Positions 8,887-18,834 of a stretch of DNA of 64,000 bases are shown piece by piece. Under the pieces are notes generated by a model. The model was not told the origin of the DNA. It made no database searches and was given only the letters and a program-made list of their open reading frames with translations. A program made the position numbers and the translations under genes. The DNA is from a virus, in the IMG/VR virus record IMGVR_UViG_3300032282_001105, positions 1 to 64,000 of that record, one strand, 5' to 3'. The first letter of the stretch is position 1. Every line of letters begins with the position of its first letter.

Positions 8887-9899
8887 AAGTTGTTATAAAT
8901 GTCCAAAAGAATCTTCTTATCAAAATTATTTGATTCAATTGAGTTAATCTGGTCAATAATAATTTGGTCAACACTTTCGAACTTTAATCCGTCTGCTGTT
9001 TGACCGTTCTCATTCATATCTGCCTTCATAGGTATCAATGCCATTTCTCTTAGTTTATGTTCTGGTATCCAAGTCTCACGCAAATAGTTAGCCTCTTCAT
9101 ATGAGATTTCAACATCAAGATGTACTCTAACATGGCTGTCAATCAATAGCAAGCCCTCAGGGTTTTCTAATATATCACTTAATTTGTGTACACGGAATAC
9201 AGGCTGTCTTGGCCAAGTATGAAATACAGGCTCACCGCCCCATTCTAATATCATCATACCACGTGCGTCATCACCTGCGTCAGCATAGTTATGTGGGAAA
9301 GCATTACCAATATACCAAATGTTCTTACGTGCTTGTCGTTTATGAAAATGACCACTGAATACTTTCTCAAAGCCAGTCATATGGTCTTCGTTAATCTCAC
9401 CGTGATCGGGCATCTCAACCATAGCGTTCATATAGAATCTTGGAAGTTCAAAATGACCAAACATATATTTGCCACTCATCTTTTGTAGTTTCTTGTAATC
9501 ATCTTGTACAAGCCATGGTGCAATAACTACATCTCCTTGTTGGAAGAAGTCGTTGATGATTTGTACGTTTGGTAGATGTTTAGCCCACTCAACGCTATGA
9601 ATGTCCCTGCGGTCACGATAATAAAGATCGTGGTTGCCTGGGATAAAATATACAGTATCAAAGCTAGCATTTAATTTCTCCAGAGCCTGTAGCCCAAATT
9701 GTAATGTATGAATGTTAATACTTGCACGATGATGATTATAATCGCCCAAAAAGAAACAGGTTTCACAATTCTCTTTCTTTGCTTTGGCTATAAACCAATC
9801 AACGAAATCAGAACAGTCTTGGTTATGTTGTAAGCTGTTTGACTTTAATCCAAAATGAATATCAGTGAACACAGCGGCTTTTTTGAAAAGGTTACTCAT
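8883..9899 (-). CDS. gp47: Recombination nuclease subunit, Mre11/SbcD-like (T4 gp47); start reassigned to ATG at 9899
   Basis: Metallophosphoesterase motifs TDIHFG, LGD, GNHD, GHF, SGHFH. A sigma70 promoter immediately upstream of 9899 argues against the longer start. Confidence 0.95.
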   Translation of the reverse strand: MSNLFKKAAVFTDIHFGLKSNSLQHNQDCSDFVDWFIAKAKKENCETCFFLGDYNHHRASINIHTLQFGLQALEKLNASFDTVYFIPGNHDLYYRDRRDIHSVEWAKHLPNVQIINDFFQQGDVVIAPWLVQDDYKKLQKMSGKYMFGHFELPRFYMNAMVEMPDHGEINEDHMTGFEKVFSGHFHKRQARKNIWYIGNAFPHNYADAGDDARGMMILEWGGEPVFHTWPRQPVFRVHKLSDILENPEGLLLIDSHVRVHLDVEISYEEANYLRETWIPEHKLREMALIPMKADMNENGQTADGLKFESVDQIIIDQINSIESNNFDKKILLDIYNNL

Positions 9900-9905
9900 T
9901 TGTTT

Positions 9906-9934
9906 ATTATATAAGAAAGCCGTCACATTAGCAA
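9906..9934 (-). promoter_or_regulatory. Sigma70-type promoter TTGCTA-17-TATAAT for gp47, probably leaderless
   Basis: -35 at 9934-9929, -10 at 9911-9906, then 6 nt to the ATG. Confidence 0.75.
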
Positions 9935-9940
9935 CGGCTT
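9913..9940 (-). terminator. Possible intrinsic terminator after gp55, overlapping the gp47 -35 box
   Basis: Minus strand AAGCCGT-tgctaatgtg-ACGGCTT followed by TCTT. Confidence 0.45.
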
Positions 9941-9948
9941 TGGTTAAA

Positions 9949-10854
9949 TTATTCTTCGTACACAGTAGAACTAGTTCCAATGCCCTGTCGTGACCAACTA
10001 GGATTGAGACCATTGATTTCTAAAATATCATCACGTATGTTTTGATTTCGCTTCTCAGTATTCAATACACGGCAAAAGCTATTAGTTATAGCGGCTGTAT
10101 AATAAGCGAATGGGTTAGCTGATTTTGCTTCATTGAAACGTAGACCAACATAGGTTAGTTGTAAGATAGCACTGTTACGCATTTCGTCATTATATGTATA
10201 CCCACGCCAATTATATTTCATTGCGTATTTTTCGCACATCATAATATACATACGGGCAAGTTTGTTTGTGATTTTACCATGATCTTTATTAAAGATACCT
10301 GTTTCCAAATCACCTTCCCAATGACTTTTACCCACACATTTGAATGTATTATTTGAATCTATTTTGTAATGTTGGAATGGGGGAAAGTTAACTTTAACGT
10401 GAACCATATCGTCTACTTCTGCTTTTGTGGTATTATCTTCTAAGTCAGCAAATATTTCGTCTGGATCTGGTTCTTCAAAATCAAAGATATCCTTTGCTGT
10501 TTTCTTTTTAACTGTTTTACGTGGTTGTTTCGGGGCAACCGGAACGTGATCCCAAGTCATTACACGAAATACTAAATCTGTAATTTCTATGGAATCTGGG
10601 CTAACTGCATCTTTACTACCTTGTTCTAAACTAAGACGTAGTGCTCGGGTTTCTTTTGCTTGCTGAATTGTTTCTTGTTTGAAAGCATATTCTAAACTGT
10701 CTTCCATACTAGATTGAGGCATATCTACGATGAAGTCATATCTGTGATAACTTGGGTCTGTGAAGTAGCAATATGCGTTTTTGCTTTCGTGAATCTCTTT
10801 TAGAATGTCTTTATTGTTTAGATAGTTGACAGGTTTGCGTGAGGGTAGGGACAT
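9949..10854 (-). CDS. gp55: Late-transcription sigma factor (T4 gp55-like)
   Basis: VNYLNNKDIL N-terminus; NWRGYTYNDEM and F...KS.NPFAYYT.AI.NSF.R...EK region; gp55-gp47-gp46 synteny. Confidence 0.85.
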   Translation of the reverse strand: MSLPSRKPVNYLNNKDILKEIHESKNAYCYFTDPSYHRYDFIVDMPQSSMEDSLEYAFKQETIQQAKETRALRLSLEQGSKDAVSPDSIEITDLVFRVMTWDHVPVAPKQPRKTVKKKTAKDIFDFEEPDPDEIFADLEDNTTKAEVDDMVHVKVNFPPFQHYKIDSNNTFKCVGKSHWEGDLETGIFNKDHGKITNKLARMYIMMCEKYAMKYNWRGYTYNDEMRNSAILQLTYVGLRFNEAKSANPFAYYTAAITNSFCRVLNTEKRNQNIRDDILEINGLNPSWSRQGIGTSSTVYEE

Positions 10855-10879
10855 AGTTCTCCGTTATTATGTTGATGTA

Positions 10880-10908
10880 ATTATAGCATTATTGTTGCAG
10901 AATAGCAA
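10880..10908 (-). promoter_or_regulatory. Sigma70-type promoter TTGCTA-17-TATAAT with extended -10 (TG) for gp55
   Basis: -35 at 10908-10903, TGcTATAAT at 10888-10880; RBS GGAG upstream of the ATG. Confidence 0.75.
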
Positions 10909-10951
10909 CGATTTTGTGATGAAAAGGGTAAAAATACTAGTTTATTTAGTA

Positions 10952-10959
10952 GATAAATA
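10952..10959 (+). promoter_or_regulatory. Late-promoter-like GATAAATA at the start of the baseplate operon
   Basis: Motif recurs in intergenic gaps before structural genes. Confidence 0.7.
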
Positions 10960-10981
10960 TAAGTAAGGATAACAACATATT

Positions 10982-12610
10982 ATGTCACAATATACGAGTA
11001 CGCAATCCACAGCAGGTGGGTTAGTTATTAATGCAGTATTAAATTCTGTAAATAATACAATAACTTACACAGCATCCGCCCCTAACGGTGCGACTGCAAC
11101 CTATACTGCACCTGCGGCAGAGGCTGGAAATTCTGTTACAATTGTTAATGCTCTACGAACACCTTTACGAAATCAAAATGTACCGGGTACCGTTTACAAT
11201 GGAATAGGCACTGCATTAGAGAGTGTACAAGTATCAACTACCCAGCAAGCAACTCAGGCACAAGTTACTGCTGTTGCTACAGGAAATCCTCCACCCGCAG
11301 AATCAGCGCCCATTCCAGTAGCAACAGCAAATAATCCAAACACAACACCTACTCCGTCTATTCCACCAGTAGAAAACGCAACAGCACCATCTACTGGACA
11401 AAATGCCGACGCAGCCTTCCAAGAAGCTAACGCATCACCACAACAACTTATCGACCCTAATAATGATCCTAATACTAATATTGGTGTAGAGGTACAAAAT
11501 ACAGGATTTGAACCATTACAAGAACCTCCTATTACTAATGATGGAGATGAGTTTAGTGGGATAGATGAACAAGTACAAAGGCAAAAAGATTTAGAAGATG
11601 GGTCACTAGAATTTGCTGGTATAGATGACCAAATAGCCGCAAATGAAAACGCATTGCAAGAACCACCACAGTTGACGGATGAAGAAATAGCACAACAGAT
11701 ACAACAAGCAGGGCAGGGATCTGATACAGAAGAAAGTGTATTTGATCCTACCGGTAATGGTGGTGCACCTCAAGGTATATCAACTGCATTAAACAACACC
11801 CGTAGTACGGCAACAAAACAAGATAGTGCTAACTTTCAACAAAAGCCAGATTGGCGTGCAAGATTAAGTCTAGCACCAAACGCAAACTATTTGTACAAAG
11901 TACCAAAAGGACAAGCAGGTATATTAGCACCATTGCAAGCAACAGATGGAGTTATATTCCCGTATACACCTGGCATATCAGTAACATACAGTGCGGGTTA
12001 TGACCCAAGTGAATTAATACACAGTAACTACAAAGTTTATCAATATAAAGGTAGTAGTGTAGATACAGTTTCAATAACCGGTGATTTTACTGCCCAAGAT
12101 ACTAATGAAGCTAATTATATGTTAGCAGTAATACATTTCTTCCGTAGTGTCACAAAGATGTTTTATGGACAGGATCAGAACCCCAATAATGGTGTACCCC
12201 CACCGTTATGTTATTTAAGTGGGTTTGGAGCATATACTTTTGATGCTCATCCGTTAGTTGTAACTAACTTTACATATACTACACCGACTGATGTAGATTA
12301 TATACGTGCAGGTAGTCAGACTAATCAACCGGGTGTAAATGTAGCACAACAAAATAGTATAGTAAATAGCTTTGTACCAAGTGTACTACGAACTGCTATG
12401 AATGGCTTGGCTCCTAAATTACCAAACTTCTCAACACAGAACTCACTTATTAACTCTGATGCAACCTATGTACCTACAAAATTACAATTACAAATCACTT
12501 GTATACCTATCGTTACTAGAAACGATATCAGTAACAAGTTCAGTCTCAAAGAATATGCGACTGGTGCATTATTACGAGGAAGTAAACGATCAGGTGGAGG
12601 TATTTGGTAA
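10982..12610 (+). CDS. Baseplate/tail-tube-initiator-like structural protein with low-complexity N-terminal half
   Basis: C-terminal domain DWRARLSL...GVIFPYTP.I...HSNY...ITGDFTAQ...PPP.CYLSGFG resembles contractile-tail tube-fold proteins; lies immediately before a gp53-like gene. Confidence 0.55.
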   Translation: MSQYTSTQSTAGGLVINAVLNSVNNTITYTASAPNGATATYTAPAAEAGNSVTIVNALRTPLRNQNVPGTVYNGIGTALESVQVSTTQQATQAQVTAVATGNPPPAESAPIPVATANNPNTTPTPSIPPVENATAPSTGQNADAAFQEANASPQQLIDPNNDPNTNIGVEVQNTGFEPLQEPPITNDGDEFSGIDEQVQRQKDLEDGSLEFAGIDDQIAANENALQEPPQLTDEEIAQQIQQAGQGSDTEESVFDPTGNGGAPQGISTALNNTRSTATKQDSANFQQKPDWRARLSLAPNANYLYKVPKGQAGILAPLQATDGVIFPYTPGISVTYSAGYDPSELIHSNYKVYQYKGSSVDTVSITGDFTAQDTNEANYMLAVIHFFRSVTKMFYGQDQNPNNGVPPPLCYLSGFGAYTFDAHPLVVTNFTYTTPTDVDYIRAGSQTNQPGVNVAQQNSIVNSFVPSVLRTAMNGLAPKLPNFSTQNSLINSDATYVPTKLQLQITCIPIVTRNDISNKFSLKEYATGALLRGSKRSGGGIW

Positions 12611-12921
12611 TGTCTAATAATGCTTTATATCCAGCATCAAGTCCATATTTTGCTACCGGTGTAGTAAATGGTAGATTTTTAGATGTATTAGTAGATAGAC
12701 CTATTCCTAAGTTAGGTAGTGATAGATATTGGGAAATCACAAACACATATAACTTACGTCCTGATATGCTAGCATATGACTTGTATAGTAATGCTAAGTT
12801 ATGGTGGGTATTTGCAAGTAGGAATCCAAACACATTGAAAGATCCCTTCTTTGATTTTACTGCAGGTACAAGTATCTATTTACCTGAAGCTTCTACATTA
12901 AAACAAATATTAGGTTTATAA
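12610..12921 (+). CDS. gp53: Baseplate wedge protein, gp53/LysM-like (start ATG 12610, TAATG overlap)
   Basis: RPDMLAYDLYSNAKLWWVFA.RN...G..IYLP motif. Confidence 0.75.
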   Translation: MSNNALYPASSPYFATGVVNGRFLDVLVDRPIPKLGSDRYWEITNTYNLRPDMLAYDLYSNAKLWWVFASRNPNTLKDPFFDFTAGTSIYLPEASTLKQILGL

Positions 12922-15573
12922 ATGGCAATTGAAACAGATGAGCTAGGTAATATAATATCTTCTACGCCTGATAAAAATGATTTAGGCGGGACGGATGGTG
13001 ACGGTGAATATAGTTATGATAAAGCTTATGCTGCCAACCTAACTACTAAAGAAAACAATGCTACTGCTACTGGTAGCAATGAGATGGAAACTCTCAATGA
13101 AAGTTATGCTGGTCAAACTCAAACAGGTAAAGCACAGAAGCCTGCAGGCAATAGTGTAGTTGATAAAGGTGTTGGGAAATCAGCAAAGCCCGGATCACGC
13201 TTACAAAACCCATTAGGTAACTTTAGTAGTTATACATATCAATTAAGTTTGTATATGATTACACCTGATGCATATCAAGCATTTAATTTATCAGGCAGAA
13301 AAAACATTAACTCATTATCTGCTACAGACGCTAGCGGGCAAGCAACTAATGGTGGTGCATTTTTAGTTGCACAATCAGGTGGTATCAATAATAAAACAAG
13401 TCGCAGAGCACCCGGATTTGAGTTAGATTATTACATAGATGATTTAAAAATAAAATCAGCTATTAATGGTAAAAATACACAATCAACATCTAATGTTACT
13501 TCTTTATCTTTTAGTATATATGAGCCATACGGCTTTTCATTTATTACTAAACTAAAACGAGCAAAAGAAGCTTTACAAAAAAATAGTAAAATAAAAAATT
13601 ATGATAAAGCAATGAATGCAAGTAAACAGTTTTTTGTTTTAGGTATTAGATTTCAAGGTTATGATAAGAATGGTAATATAGCAAATGCCAGCGAAGTATT
13701 TTCAGATGATACACTAAACACCAGTCCAGATGCTAGTGGTGTATATGAAAGATTTTATGATATTTTATTTACTGGAATGAAATTCAAAATCAACGGTGGT
13801 GCTACTACTTATAATATAACAGCTAATGTTATTGCAACTAATGTTGCTTTAGGTACGGCACGAGGAATGATAGATAATAATATTCCAGTTGTTGCTGGAA
13901 ATGTCAAAGAAGCATTAGACGGTGATGGTGATGGTATAACTAGTATATTGAAAACAGTAAATGAAACACAAAAAGCACTATTCGATCAAAAAGCAATAGA
14001 GATACCTAATGTTTATAAAGTTAGATTTTTAGGAGATACAGACCTTATTCAGAATGCAAGTCTTGTAAGTAAAGCTGACCCAGACAAAGCTAAACTGCCT
14101 ATGAGTCGGGCAGATAACTTGGGTGAAGTAAATGAAAAAACTAGTGTTAATGCGGTTCCTGATAATACAAAAAGATTGATAACTATAAAAAAAGATACGC
14201 CTATAACTCAAGCTATCAATAGTATTATAAAACAGAGCACATATATGGAAGATGCTCTCAAAGTAATAGTAGTGGCAAGCACCGAGCCAGATGGTGATAC
14301 TAATAGTCCTGAAGTAGTTACTAAAAAAGATGTTCCACCTGTTAAGTGGTATAACTTAAGTACAGAAGTTAAATGTTTAGGATTTGATACTAAAGTAGGT
14401 GACTTTGCATACGAGATAACATATGTTATTCAACCATATGAAACTCCTGCAGCCGCATCACCTTATACAAAATCTAGTAAGTACTATGGTCCGCATAAAC
14501 GATATGAGTATTGGTTTACTGGTAAGAATAGTGAAATACTATCTTACGAACAAACAATGGATAATACTTATTTCAATGTAACGTTGAATAAAGCAGGTGA
14601 TCCTGCAAGTCAAGGCGGAGGAACTGATTCTCCTGTATATGCGGGCAAGAAACAAAACCAAGAAAGTACAGGTAGATTGGATACTGGTATGGAAGCGCAA
14701 AATGCGTATATGACTAGTTTGTTTGATCCCGGAGCGTATGCCAAAGCTAAAATTAGTATATTAGGAGATCCTGATTATCTTACACAAGAAACACCAAGTA
14801 GTATTAATGATGTTTACAGACAGTTTTACAAAAGTGACGGGTTCACTATCAATCCAAATGGTGGACACGTGTTTATTGAAATAGATTTTAAAGAGGCAGT
14901 AGACTATAAAAATAGTGACGGTTTAATGGATATCAACTCATCAATATACTTTTGGAACTATCCACCAGCAGTAGCTAATAAAATCAAAGGTGTAAGTTAT
15001 ATGGTATTAGAAATAGAACACACCTTTAAGGGCGGCAAATTTGAACAAACATTGAACTGTACCATCAATACATTCCCAGGAGTATTGGGTACACCAGCAG
15101 AAGCACTTGGTGGCAGAGCAAATGCAACAAATGCAACAGGTGCAAGAACCGGAGTTGCATTAACGGCAGAAACAGCAAATACTGCACGTTCAGCCTTTGC
15201 AGCCAATGATCCTAGAAGAATTGACCTATCAAGTTCAGATGTACGCACTAGCACTAGCGAGGGCGGTGATGGCCCAACACCAAGTAGTGGTAGTAGTACA
15301 TCTTCATCCTCTGGTTTTATGCAAGATGATGCAACTGGTGTAGATGCGGCAATAGCGTTACAACAGTTACCGGATAATATGGAACTTTTCTATAGCAGTA
15401 CACCAATACCAACAACAACAGAAAATACAGCACAAGGTGTTGCAAATGATGATAGTGTACAAACTGCAGGACAAACACAAAATGGTGTTGCTAACTCACA
15501 AAGCCCGGACGCAGGCAGAGAAACAGAAAACACTACATTACTTACTGGTTCAAGACCAGGTGAAGGTGCATAA
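12922..15573 (+). CDS. Baseplate hub protein (gp27/gpD-like, putative)
   Basis: Lies between gp53 and gp5; C-terminal AKISILGDP...Y.V..IEHTF.GG.F.Q.L pattern of hub proteins. Confidence 0.55.
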   Translation: MAIETDELGNIISSTPDKNDLGGTDGDGEYSYDKAYAANLTTKENNATATGSNEMETLNESYAGQTQTGKAQKPAGNSVVDKGVGKSAKPGSRLQNPLGNFSSYTYQLSLYMITPDAYQAFNLSGRKNINSLSATDASGQATNGGAFLVAQSGGINNKTSRRAPGFELDYYIDDLKIKSAINGKNTQSTSNVTSLSFSIYEPYGFSFITKLKRAKEALQKNSKIKNYDKAMNASKQFFVLGIRFQGYDKNGNIANASEVFSDDTLNTSPDASGVYERFYDILFTGMKFKINGGATTYNITANVIATNVALGTARGMIDNNIPVVAGNVKEALDGDGDGITSILKTVNETQKALFDQKAIEIPNVYKVRFLGDTDLIQNASLVSKADPDKAKLPMSRADNLGEVNEKTSVNAVPDNTKRLITIKKDTPITQAINSIIKQSTYMEDALKVIVVASTEPDGDTNSPEVVTKKDVPPVKWYNLSTEVKCLGFDTKVGDFAYEITYVIQPYETPAAASPYTKSSKYYGPHKRYEYWFTGKNSEILSYEQTMDNTYFNVTLNKAGDPASQGGGTDSPVYAGKKQNQESTGRLDTGMEAQNAYMTSLFDPGAYAKAKISILGDPDYLTQETPSSINDVYRQFYKSDGFTINPNGGHVFIEIDFKEAVDYKNSDGLMDINSSIYFWNYPPAVANKIKGVSYMVLEIEHTFKGGKFEQTLNCTINTFPGVLGTPAEALGGRANATNATGARTGVALTAETANTARSAFAANDPRRIDLSSSDVRTSTSEGGDGPTPSSGSSTSSSSGFMQDDATGVDAAIALQQLPDNMELFYSSTPIPTTTENTAQGVANDDSVQTAGQTQNGVANSQSPDAGRETENTTLLTGSRPGEGA

Positions 15574-18500
15574 TGGCAAATAATATCTTTAAACCAAAAG
15601 GCGCAACAAGCTCAGGTAAATTAGGAGCCGGGGGAGCAGTCGTTAGTCCTGTACCAGTATTCGGCGTAGTAAAAGATAATATCGACCCTATTCGTTCAGG
15701 TCGATTAAGAGTTTATATCAGTGACATGGGAGGTACAGACCCTGATGACAGTAACAGTTGGGTTACTGTAAGTTATATGACACCTTTCTATGGTCTGACT
15801 GAAGGCACTGGTGATAAGACAGGCTATGGGACATATCTACAAAACCCTGTTAGTTATGGTATGTGGTCAAGCCCACCTGACATTGGTACAACTGTTATTT
15901 GTATATTCATAAATGGTGATACTAACTATGGATATTGGATTGGATGTGTGCCAGAACCAGAAGCATTGTATATGGTGCCTGCAAACGGGTCAACTGAAAC
16001 AGCAGTTCTTAATGCTAGTGAATCAAACAGTTACGGTGGTGCAAAAAAGTTACCAGTAACTAATATCAATACAAATAATAATGAAATCAATGAGAGTGCT
16101 ACATTTTTTAATGAACCCAAACCAGTCAACAGTTATCTTGCAGGTGTATTAAATCAGCAGGGATTAATTAGAGATACAATTAGGGGTACGATTGGTACAA
16201 GTGCTCAACGTGAAAGTCCTAGTCGTGTTGGTTGGGGCGTCAATACTCCGGGTAGACCTATCTATGAAGGTGGCTTTACAGATGAAACAATTGCAGATGC
16301 CGCAACTGGTTCAGGTCAACAGAGCAGTTTAAAAATAACTTCACGCAGGGTTGGTCATAGTATTGTAATGGATGATGGTGACTTACTTGGTAGAGACCAA
16401 TTAGTAAGATTGCGTAGTAGTTTAGGACATCAAATATTAATGAGTGATGATGGGCAATGTTTATTCATCATTCACGCTAACGGACAAAGTTGGGTTGAGT
16501 TAGGTAAAGAAGGTACAATTGATATGTACGCTACTAACTCAGTAAATATTAGAACACAGGGTGATTTAAACTTACACGCTGATAACAATATTAATATGCA
16601 CGCCAAGAAAGATTTTAATCTTTATGGTGAAAATGTAACAATTAATAGTGATAAGAAAACTGATTTTAGAATAGGTACTGATTACAGCATACAATCATTA
16701 GGTAAGTATACACTAAAAGTTGGCGCAGGTATGAGTCTATCATCTGCAGGAGAAGCAAGTGTTGCTAGTTCTGCGGCTACATTTATTAATGGTAGTAAAG
16801 TTAATTTGAATACCGGTAGTGCTGGACTTGTACCAGCAGATGTTAAACCATTAACAACCATAGCACATACCGATACACTATATGACCCAACAAAAGGTTG
16901 GGCGGCAGCACCAAGTGCTTTATTAAGTATTACAAGTCGAGCACCTGCACACAGTCCTTGGAATAGTGCAAATCAAGGGGTAGATGTTAAAGTAGATAAC
17001 AATGCAAGTGCAAACTTCCCAAGTGCTCCTGCACCAGCAGTAGCTACTGCAAATGCGTCAGTACCCGGAACACCACCTGTACCAGTTACAGCGGCAGCGG
17101 CAGCGACTGTACCAGTTACTGGTGCGATTAGTAAAGCAGTTCCAGCAATACCGACAGCGGCATTGGTAAGCCAAACTGCGGCAACAGCCGCATCAGGTAT
17201 AGCTAAAGATGCAGTAGCTAAAGGTGCAGGAGTAGTACAGACAGCAACCGGAGCTGTAGGCTCGGTAGGCAAGCTAGCACAAAGTCCAGAACAAATGGAG
17301 GCAGCCGGTATATTAAAATCTGGATCAGCAGTATTAATTGCATCACTAATTTCTCAAGGAAAAACTATTGAAGAAGCAATGACTGACAACTTGTTTACAG
17401 GTATGCCAGGAGCAGAGAATTTACAAGCCTATATAGCTAGTACTACTTCTCAAGTTAAAGCACAGGTTGCCAACTTCCAACAAGCACAAACTAAACTTAC
17501 ACAAGCCGGAGTTATTACCGGTAATGAAGATGCTAGTCAAATTACAGGAGCGATTAATGCAGTAAGTGGTGTAGGGATAGACGCCACTGTTGATTTAATA
17601 AAAACTGCATCTAATGGAAATGGATTTGGTGTATCAGGTGTTGTGAGTACGGCAGTAGGAGCTACAAATAAAGTATTAGGCGATGTAAAATCATTAGTAT
17701 CATCTGGTAACTATGCCGCAAATATGGCTACTAAAATGACCGGAGGGCTTACTTCATTAACAACGTCATTAGATGGATTGAAGAAAACAATAGGCGGAGG
17801 TGTAGCAGGGCTATTAGATAGTGCAAAAGGAATTGCCGCTGGAGCATTTGCCGCAATAACAAAAGGCTTCCCGTCTTTAAAAGCTGGCGTCCCTCAAAAC
17901 TTAAAACAGATTGCTGATAAAGCAACAAATGATATCCAATCAGCTGGAACAAATGCAAGCGATGTGGCAAGTATAGTTAAATCAGCCGCATCAGCTTCAG
18001 GAATAGATGTTGCGGCTATAGCTTCAGGTAAAGCATCGTCAGCTATCAATGGTTTAGATAGTATTAACACAGCAGTGGCTACGGCTGTAGGATCTACTAC
18101 AAATGTAGTAACTGCATTGGAAAATGCAGAAAGTGCAGTTAGTGCAACATTACCCGCAAGCGTTGCAAGTGGCTTGAACAATTTGCCAGGCGCACAAAAT
18201 GCAGTATCAACTGTAATTAAGGGTGGAGTTTCCGCAGTTAATTTAGTGCCCGGAGTAACCGGTATTAAGAATTCAATAAAAGATATTACAGCATCAGTCA
18301 CTACTGGAAGCGGTGCAGCCAATGCATTAGTTAATCAATTAAAACAACCTGGAATATCACTATTTCAAAAAGCAAGTCTTGGATTGAGTCCAGCCGCACT
18401 TACTTTATTAGAAAACTCTATAGCACAAATAAGCTCAGAGGGCGGAACACAAATTAAACCACCAACAGTTGGAACTAGTACGGATAACACTAGACCTGCT

Positions 18501-18815
18501 TTAGCAAGTCAATTACAGAATCTATTTAATAATGCAAAGATTCAAGTTCCTAATTATGGTGGTAATCCTGCAACGACAGGAGAGACTGCAGGAACAGCCG
18601 CACTAGACAAAGCAACAGAAAGATTAGAAAAAATAAGAGAGGTCGCCGCAGAAAGTAGACAACAACGAGTTGTAGTAAGTCAAGCAAATATTGCTTATGT
18701 AAAAGCAGTAGAAGAATTACCTGCAGGAGATCCGGGTATTGAAGCAGCCGCAGAAAAAGTCAAAACAGAAAGACTAATATTGAGCGAGATAGCTGACAGG
18801 CTTTTAAAGTTATAA
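15573..18815 (+). CDS. gp5: Baseplate central spike (gp5/VgrG-like) with long Ala/Gly/Ser-rich C-terminal extension
   Basis: OB-fold GVVKDNIDP.RSGRLRV...SYGMW..PPD.G..V; GHSIVMDDG, GHQILM.D; beta-helix repeats; R.PAH.PW. Confidence 0.8.
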   Translation: MANNIFKPKGATSSGKLGAGGAVVSPVPVFGVVKDNIDPIRSGRLRVYISDMGGTDPDDSNSWVTVSYMTPFYGLTEGTGDKTGYGTYLQNPVSYGMWSSPPDIGTTVICIFINGDTNYGYWIGCVPEPEALYMVPANGSTETAVLNASESNSYGGAKKLPVTNINTNNNEINESATFFNEPKPVNSYLAGVLNQQGLIRDTIRGTIGTSAQRESPSRVGWGVNTPGRPIYEGGFTDETIADAATGSGQQSSLKITSRRVGHSIVMDDGDLLGRDQLVRLRSSLGHQILMSDDGQCLFIIHANGQSWVELGKEGTIDMYATNSVNIRTQGDLNLHADNNINMHAKKDFNLYGENVTINSDKKTDFRIGTDYSIQSLGKYTLKVGAGMSLSSAGEASVASSAATFINGSKVNLNTGSAGLVPADVKPLTTIAHTDTLYDPTKGWAAAPSALLSITSRAPAHSPWNSANQGVDVKVDNNASANFPSAPAPAVATANASVPGTPPVPVTAAAAATVPVTGAISKAVPAIPTAALVSQTAATAASGIAKDAVAKGAGVVQTATGAVGSVGKLAQSPEQMEAAGILKSGSAVLIASLISQGKTIEEAMTDNLFTGMPGAENLQAYIASTTSQVKAQVANFQQAQTKLTQAGVITGNEDASQITGAINAVSGVGIDATVDLIKTASNGNGFGVSGVVSTAVGATNKVLGDVKSLVSSGNYAANMATKMTGGLTSLTTSLDGLKKTIGGGVAGLLDSAKGIAAGAFAAITKGFPSLKAGVPQNLKQIADKATNDIQSAGTNASDVASIVKSAASASGIDVAAIASGKASSAINGLDSINTAVATAVGSTTNVVTALENAESAVSATLPASVASGLNNLPGAQNAVSTVIKGGVSAVNLVPGVTGIKNSIKDITASVTTGSGAANALVNQLKQPGISLFQKASLGLSPAALTLLENSIAQISSEGGTQIKPPTVGTSTDNTRPALASQLQNLFNNAKIQVPNYGGNPATTGETAGTAALDKATERLEKIREVAAESRQQRVVVSQANIAYVKAVEELPAGDPGIEAAAEKVKTERLILSEIADRLLKL

Positions 18816-18818
18816 ATA
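18811..18818 (+). promoter_or_regulatory. T4-type late promoter TATAAATA before gp25
   Basis: Exact T4 consensus overlapping the gp5 stop codon. Confidence 0.65.
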
Positions 18819-18834
18819 TAGTATAGGATAAAAT

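Noticed and set aside
9900-10013. 38-aa N-terminal extension of gp47 given in the ORF track
   Set aside because: It overlaps the gp55 3' end and contains the promoter and hairpin; the conserved domain begins at MSNLF (9899).
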